From: Candidatus Nanopusillus sp.
GTDB taxonomy: Archaea; Nanobdellota; Nanobdellia; Nanobdellales; Nanobdellaceae
Direction: 5' to 3'
DNA: 25,532 bases
NCBI GenBank assembly: GCA_028275775.1
Contig: JAPWTZ010000007.1
Coordinates: forward strand, 1-25,532
In this document: in pieces, positions 22,140 through 25,532 of the stretch
Layout of the letters: each line of letters starts with the position of its first letter
Numbering within the stretch: position 1 is the stretch's first letter
The notes under the pieces: generated by a model
Told to the model about the DNA's origin: nothing
The model's database searches: none
What the model saw: only the letters and a program-made list of their open reading frames with translations
Made by a program: the position numbers and the translations under genes

Positions 22140-23683
22140 ATTTTTCTCAATAAAGTATCTTTATCTGTATAATATAGCTTTATATATTCAGCAATTTTCT
22201 TATTTTCTCTTATATTTTTCTTTACTAAATAATCTATTACTTGCTTTTTCTCTTCTATTGAATCTTTAAAACTTATATTTGATCCAACCCTATATTTTAA
22301 TGTTTCTTCAGTATATTTTCCTAAATCTTTTTTCTCAAATGTATCATCTTCAAAATTCCATTTTACAACTGTTTCATTTTCAATTCTTCCATTTAAATAT
22401 TTTCCAACTTCAACAATTTCCCTTATCCTTCTAGCAGATGGTGAAATATTCCTTGCTCTCATTGTAAATACTACTGCATCTAATAATGCAACATGATCTG
22501 GGGTTAAATTAATTGGTGGTGTTGTTAATCTTCTTATTAATGTCCTCCAGCTATCAGTATGTATAGTTGATAGTGCAGAATGGCCGGAAGCCATTCCCTG
22601 GAACATTACATATGTTTCCTCCCCCCTTACTTCTCCAACAATTACATAATCAGGATTCTGTCTAAAAGATTCTGACAATAATTTATACATATCGATTTCT
22701 CCATAATATTTATCTCCAACAAAGAAACCTTTCCTTGTTGTTGCAGGAATCCAATTTTCATGATATAATTGTAATTCTCTTGTATCTTCAATAGATATTA
22801 CCTTTGCTTCTGGTGGTATAAATTGTGCAATTGAATTTAATAATGTTGTTTTTCCTGAAGATGTAGAACCTGCAATTAATATATTTGCTCTATATTCTAC
22901 TAATGTCCATAAATATGCAGCAACTTCAGAATCTAACATATTTAATTTTATTAAATCTACTAAAGATAACATTTGTTTCTTGAATTTTCTTATTGTAAAT
23001 GTTGGACCATGTGTAGTAATTTCTTGTGAATATGTTGCATTTACTCTTGATCCATCTGGTAATGTTGCATCTAGAATTGGTTCTGCATATGATATATGTT
23101 TTCCAGCCTTTTGTGCTAATTTTACTATAAATTTATCTAATTCATCCCTTGATAAAATTATATTTGTCCTCAATATTCCAAATTTATTATGATGTACATA
23201 TATTGGTATATCATATCCATCACATGAAATATCTTCAATAAATATATCATAAAATAATGGATGAATTTTTTCATATCCCAACATATCTCTCCATAAATAA
23301 TAATAATATTTTATGAATACATCTGTATTTATTTTTATCTTATATCTATTTACAAATTCTTCCAATTTCTTTATTAATACATATTCTTTATTTTTATTTA
23401 AAAATTCTTCAGGATCTTTATACATTTCATCTAAAATATATTGTTTTATTTTTTCTATTAATATTCTCTCTTCATCGGATAATTCAGGTTCTAATAATTC
23501 ATATACAAGTTCTTCAGATATATTATCATAGTAAATATGTGCATATGCAAGTTTTCCAATTAATGGATAAATTATATCAATTTTTGATTTATCGATATCA
23601 GATTTTATATTTGGTATAAAAGATTCCTTTTTTATTTCATTATCAAAATATTTTAATATTTCTTCTGCAACAATTTTTTTCAT
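22136..23683 (-). CDS. Type II/IV secretion-family ATPase (FlaI/PilB/VirB11-like)
   Basis: Walker A IAGSTSSGKTTLLNS, Asp box ISIEDTRELQL, Walker B FRQNPDYVIVGEVRGEE, and His box GHSALSTIHT. Confidence 0.9.
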   Translation of the reverse strand: MKKIVAEEILKYFDNEIKKESFIPNIKSDIDKSKIDIIYPLIGKLAYAHIYYDNISEELVYELLEPELSDEERILIEKIKQYILDEMYKDPEEFLNKNKEYVLIKKLEEFVNRYKIKINTDVFIKYYYYLWRDMLGYEKIHPLFYDIFIEDISCDGYDIPIYVHHNKFGILRTNIILSRDELDKFIVKLAQKAGKHISYAEPILDATLPDGSRVNATYSQEITTHGPTFTIRKFKKQMLSLVDLIKLNMLDSEVAAYLWTLVEYRANILIAGSTSSGKTTLLNSIAQFIPPEAKVISIEDTRELQLYHENWIPATTRKGFFVGDKYYGEIDMYKLLSESFRQNPDYVIVGEVRGEETYVMFQGMASGHSALSTIHTDSWRTLIRRLTTPPINLTPDHVALLDAVVFTMRARNISPSARRIREIVEVGKYLNGRIENETVVKWNFEDDTFEKKDLGKYTEETLKYRVGSNISFKDSIEEKKQVIDYLVKKNIRENKKIAEYIKLYYTDKDTLLRKI

Positions 23684-23698
23684 ATAATTTTAACATAC

Positions 23699-23938
23699 TT
23701 ATGAATTTTTAATTATTATAGTACCAACTGAATAGTAATAACCTTGATAATAAAATAAATTTGATTGATTATTTAATTTTGCATCTTCCAATGTTAAATT
23801 ATATATTTGATTTTTTATTAATGAATTTCTATAATTTAAATTATTTAGATAATTATAATAGAATATTAGAGAACCTGATATAAATAATAAAACTAAAAAA
23901 ATAAATAATACTTGCTCTAATAATAATTGTGTTTTCAT
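23699..23938 (-). CDS. Small pilin-like protein (79 aa) with a short charged N-terminus + hydrophobic helix
   Basis: MKT-QLLLEQVLFIFLVLLFISGSLIFYY would place Glu at +5 if cleaved after MKT. It lies directly upstream of the ATPase gene. The cleavage-site residue (T) is non-canonical. Confidence 0.55.
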   Translation of the reverse strand: MKTQLLLEQVLFIFLVLLFISGSLIFYYNYLNNLNYRNSLIKNQIYNLTLEDAKLNNQSNLFYYQGYYYSVGTIIIKNS

Positions 23939-24453
23939 TGTATTATTGAATAAATTAATGTTTGATTTTTAACTATATTTAAATTGCAATTTCCATAACA
24001 TAATCCTGTACAATTATTTGTCAATATTATTAATGATAAATAATTCTCAAAACATCCATACAATGTAATATTATTATTATTTTCCAATAAATAATATCCA
24101 TTCATCTTTGGATCATATACATAATAATTTCCATATGAATATATTAATTCTCCCTGATATGTTATATTATTTAATGTTGTTATACAAAAATTATTTGATT
24201 TAATTAATGTTAAATTATTTAAACAATATATATCATATCCATTTAAATTAAAATTTATATTAAAATACAAATCATCTTCTAAATTATTTAATACATTTTC
24301 TATATATTTTGAATCATATTGAAATTTATTTTGATTATTAAAATTTATTGCATATATTTTATTACTATTCCACCATGTAAAAACAAAATAAAATGTAAAT
24401 ACGGATAATAGAATTATTAGAATATATTCAATATAAATATGTATCGATTTCAT
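23935..24453 (-). CDS. Pilin-like secreted protein (172 aa), Cys- and sequon-rich
   Basis: MKS-IHIYIEYILIILLSVFTFYFVF N-terminus. The body is Asn/Tyr-rich with about 7 Cys (NNCTGLCYGNCNLN) and several N-x-S/T sequons. Its stop forms an ATGA overlap with the next gene. Confidence 0.6.
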   Translation of the reverse strand: MKSIHIYIEYILIILLSVFTFYFVFTWWNSNKIYAINFNNQNKFQYDSKYIENVLNNLEDDLYFNINFNLNGYDIYCLNNLTLIKSNNFCITTLNNITYQGELIYSYGNYYVYDPKMNGYYLLENNNNITLYGCFENYLSLIILTNNCTGLCYGNCNLNIVKNQTLIYSIIQ

Positions 24454-24468
24454 AAAAATATATTAACT

Positions 24469-25532
24469 TTATATATTAAATGTTTTTCTCTGATAATCTT
24501 CTAAGAAAAATATATCTTCTCCCAATGTATATCCATAATCTGATATAATATTATAATATGATGCCTTTTTATTTATATCTCCATGATTTGGTATTATATA
24601 TTCAGGATTTAACATTTTTAATAACATTATATGATCTTGACTTTTTGCATGACCAGATACATGTATATCCTTTATTATTTCTGCTTTTCTTCTCTTTAAT
24701 CTTTCTTCCAATATTTTTCTATTTGCTTCATTTATTGGATGCGGAATTACATTATTTGCAAATATTACTGTTGTATTACTTAGATCAAAATTATATTCTC
24801 CCCTTGCCAATCTATCTAAAACAGAACCAGGTTCTCCTTGATGTCCAGTAACAATTAATAAATATTCTTCCTTATTTTTTTCTATCCTTTCCAAAACCTT
24901 TTTATAATCTCTTGGATCAAAATATACTTCTGCCTCTTTAGAAAAATTATATAAATCAATATTTTCTGCAGCACTAATATATTTTCCCAAACTTCTTCCA
25001 ATAAATATTGGTTTTCTATTTATTTCTTTAGATAATTCAATTATTGATTTTAATCTTGCAATATGGGATGAAAATGTTGTTATAATTATCCCCTTTGTAT
25101 CTATTGAATTTAATACATCATATAACATATATTTTTCAATAATTTCTGATTGAGATTTTGAATTTTCATCTGCTCTCGTTGTTTCAGAAATTAATAATAA
25201 AACACCTTCTTTTCCAATTTTCTTTAATTTTTCTTTATCAGGTTTTTTACCAATAATTGGAAAATTATCAAATTTAAAATCACCCGAAAATATTATATGA
25301 CCTTTATTTGTCTGAATATCAATCATTAATGATTGTGGGATTGAATGAGTAATATTAATAAAATTAATTGAAATATCTTCTGAAATTTTAATTGAGGAAT
25401 TTGGTGATATTTTCTTTAAATCATTTGGTAAAACAATTCCATATTCTTTTTCTTGTTGTTTTATTAATTCAATTGTATATGGAGATGCATAAATTGGAAC
25501 ATTATATTTTGGTGCAATAAAATTTACTGCTC
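24469..25532 (-). CDS. rnj: RNase J (beta-CASP metallo-beta-lactamase ribonuclease), partial; the N-terminus lies beyond the right window edge
   Basis: ITHSIPQSLMIDIQTNKGHIIFSGDFKFD, ...LLISETTRAD..., VTGHQGEP, and HVSGHAKSQDHIMLLKMLNPEYIIPNHGD. The track ORF starts at an internal Met (25326). My hand translation shows the frame stays open for all 68 upstream codons to the edge: AVNFIAPKYNVPIYASPYTIELIKQQ... Confidence 0.88.
   Translation of the reverse strand, partial: AVNFIAPKYNVPIYASPYTIELIKQQEKEYGIVLPNDLKKISPNSSIKISEDISINFINITHSIPQSLMIDIQTNKGHIIFSGDFKFDNFPIIGKKPDKEKLKKIGKEGVLLLISETTRADENSKSQSEIIEKYMLYDVLNSIDTKGIIITTFSSHIARLKSIIELSKEINRKPIFIGRSLGKYISAAENIDLYNFSKEAEVYFDPRDYKKVLERIEKNKEEYLLIVTGHQGEPGSVLDRLARGEYNFDLSNTTVIFANNVIPHPINEANRKILEERLKRRKAEIIKDIHVSGHAKSQDHIMLLKMLNPEYIIPNHGDINKKASYYNIISDYGYTLGEDIFFLEDYQRKTFNI

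Noticed and set aside
21280-24851. ORFs 21280-21495 (-), 22980-23192 (+), 23313-23531 (+) and 24558-24851 (+)
   Set aside because: They are alternative-frame or antisense ORFs inside the platform-protein, ATPase and RNase J genes, with low-complexity translations.

Overview
This is a very AT-rich, tightly packed archaeal chromosomal segment. The one strongly G+C-rich block is the 5' part of a 16S rRNA gene (1-396, minus strand). That contrast is typical of a thermophile with an AT-rich genome. The 16S 5' end reads TCCCGTTGATCCTGCG, and two genes look truncated or split (Lhr-like helicase, NFACT). From these I infer, without proof, a Nanoarchaeota/DPANN-like organism.

Content is mostly housekeeping:
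- Translation and RNA processing: ribosomal proteins eL41 (not in the ORF track) and eL33/L35Ae, exosome Rrp4-Rrp41, aEF-2, a partial RNase J.
- Diphthamide pathway: a Dph6-type diphthine-ammonia ligase translationally coupled to a small glutamine amidotransferase.
- Redox proteins: two single-cluster ferredoxins and a CDGSH Fe-S miniprotein (not in the track).
- Nucleic-acid enzymes: a stand-alone Cas4-like nuclease and a PdeM/SbcD-like phosphoesterase.
- Surface functions: a type IV pilus/archaellum-like ATPase, a platform protein, pilin-like proteins, and a large glycoprotein-like surface protein.

I found no CRISPR array, tRNA gene, transposase or integrase.

The items most worth follow-up:
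1. A CBS-domain protein whose C-terminal ~100 aa looks like a bacterial HPF/RaiA ribosome-hibernation domain, encoded in the exosome operon.
2. A G+C-rich intergenic island (16704-16807, minus) that reads as a hairpin-ACA element fused to a C/D-box sRNA.
3. The GATase-Dph6 coupling next to EF-2.
4. A fused nucleotidyltransferase-HEPN protein next to a HIT protein that lacks its catalytic histidines.
5. A Cas4-like gene overlapping a C-terminal-half-only NFACT gene.
6. A tandem family of membrane proteins sharing a G-F-x-x-V-L-P-F-L-L-V-F N-terminal motif.

All homology calls come from reading motifs by eye. No searches were run.
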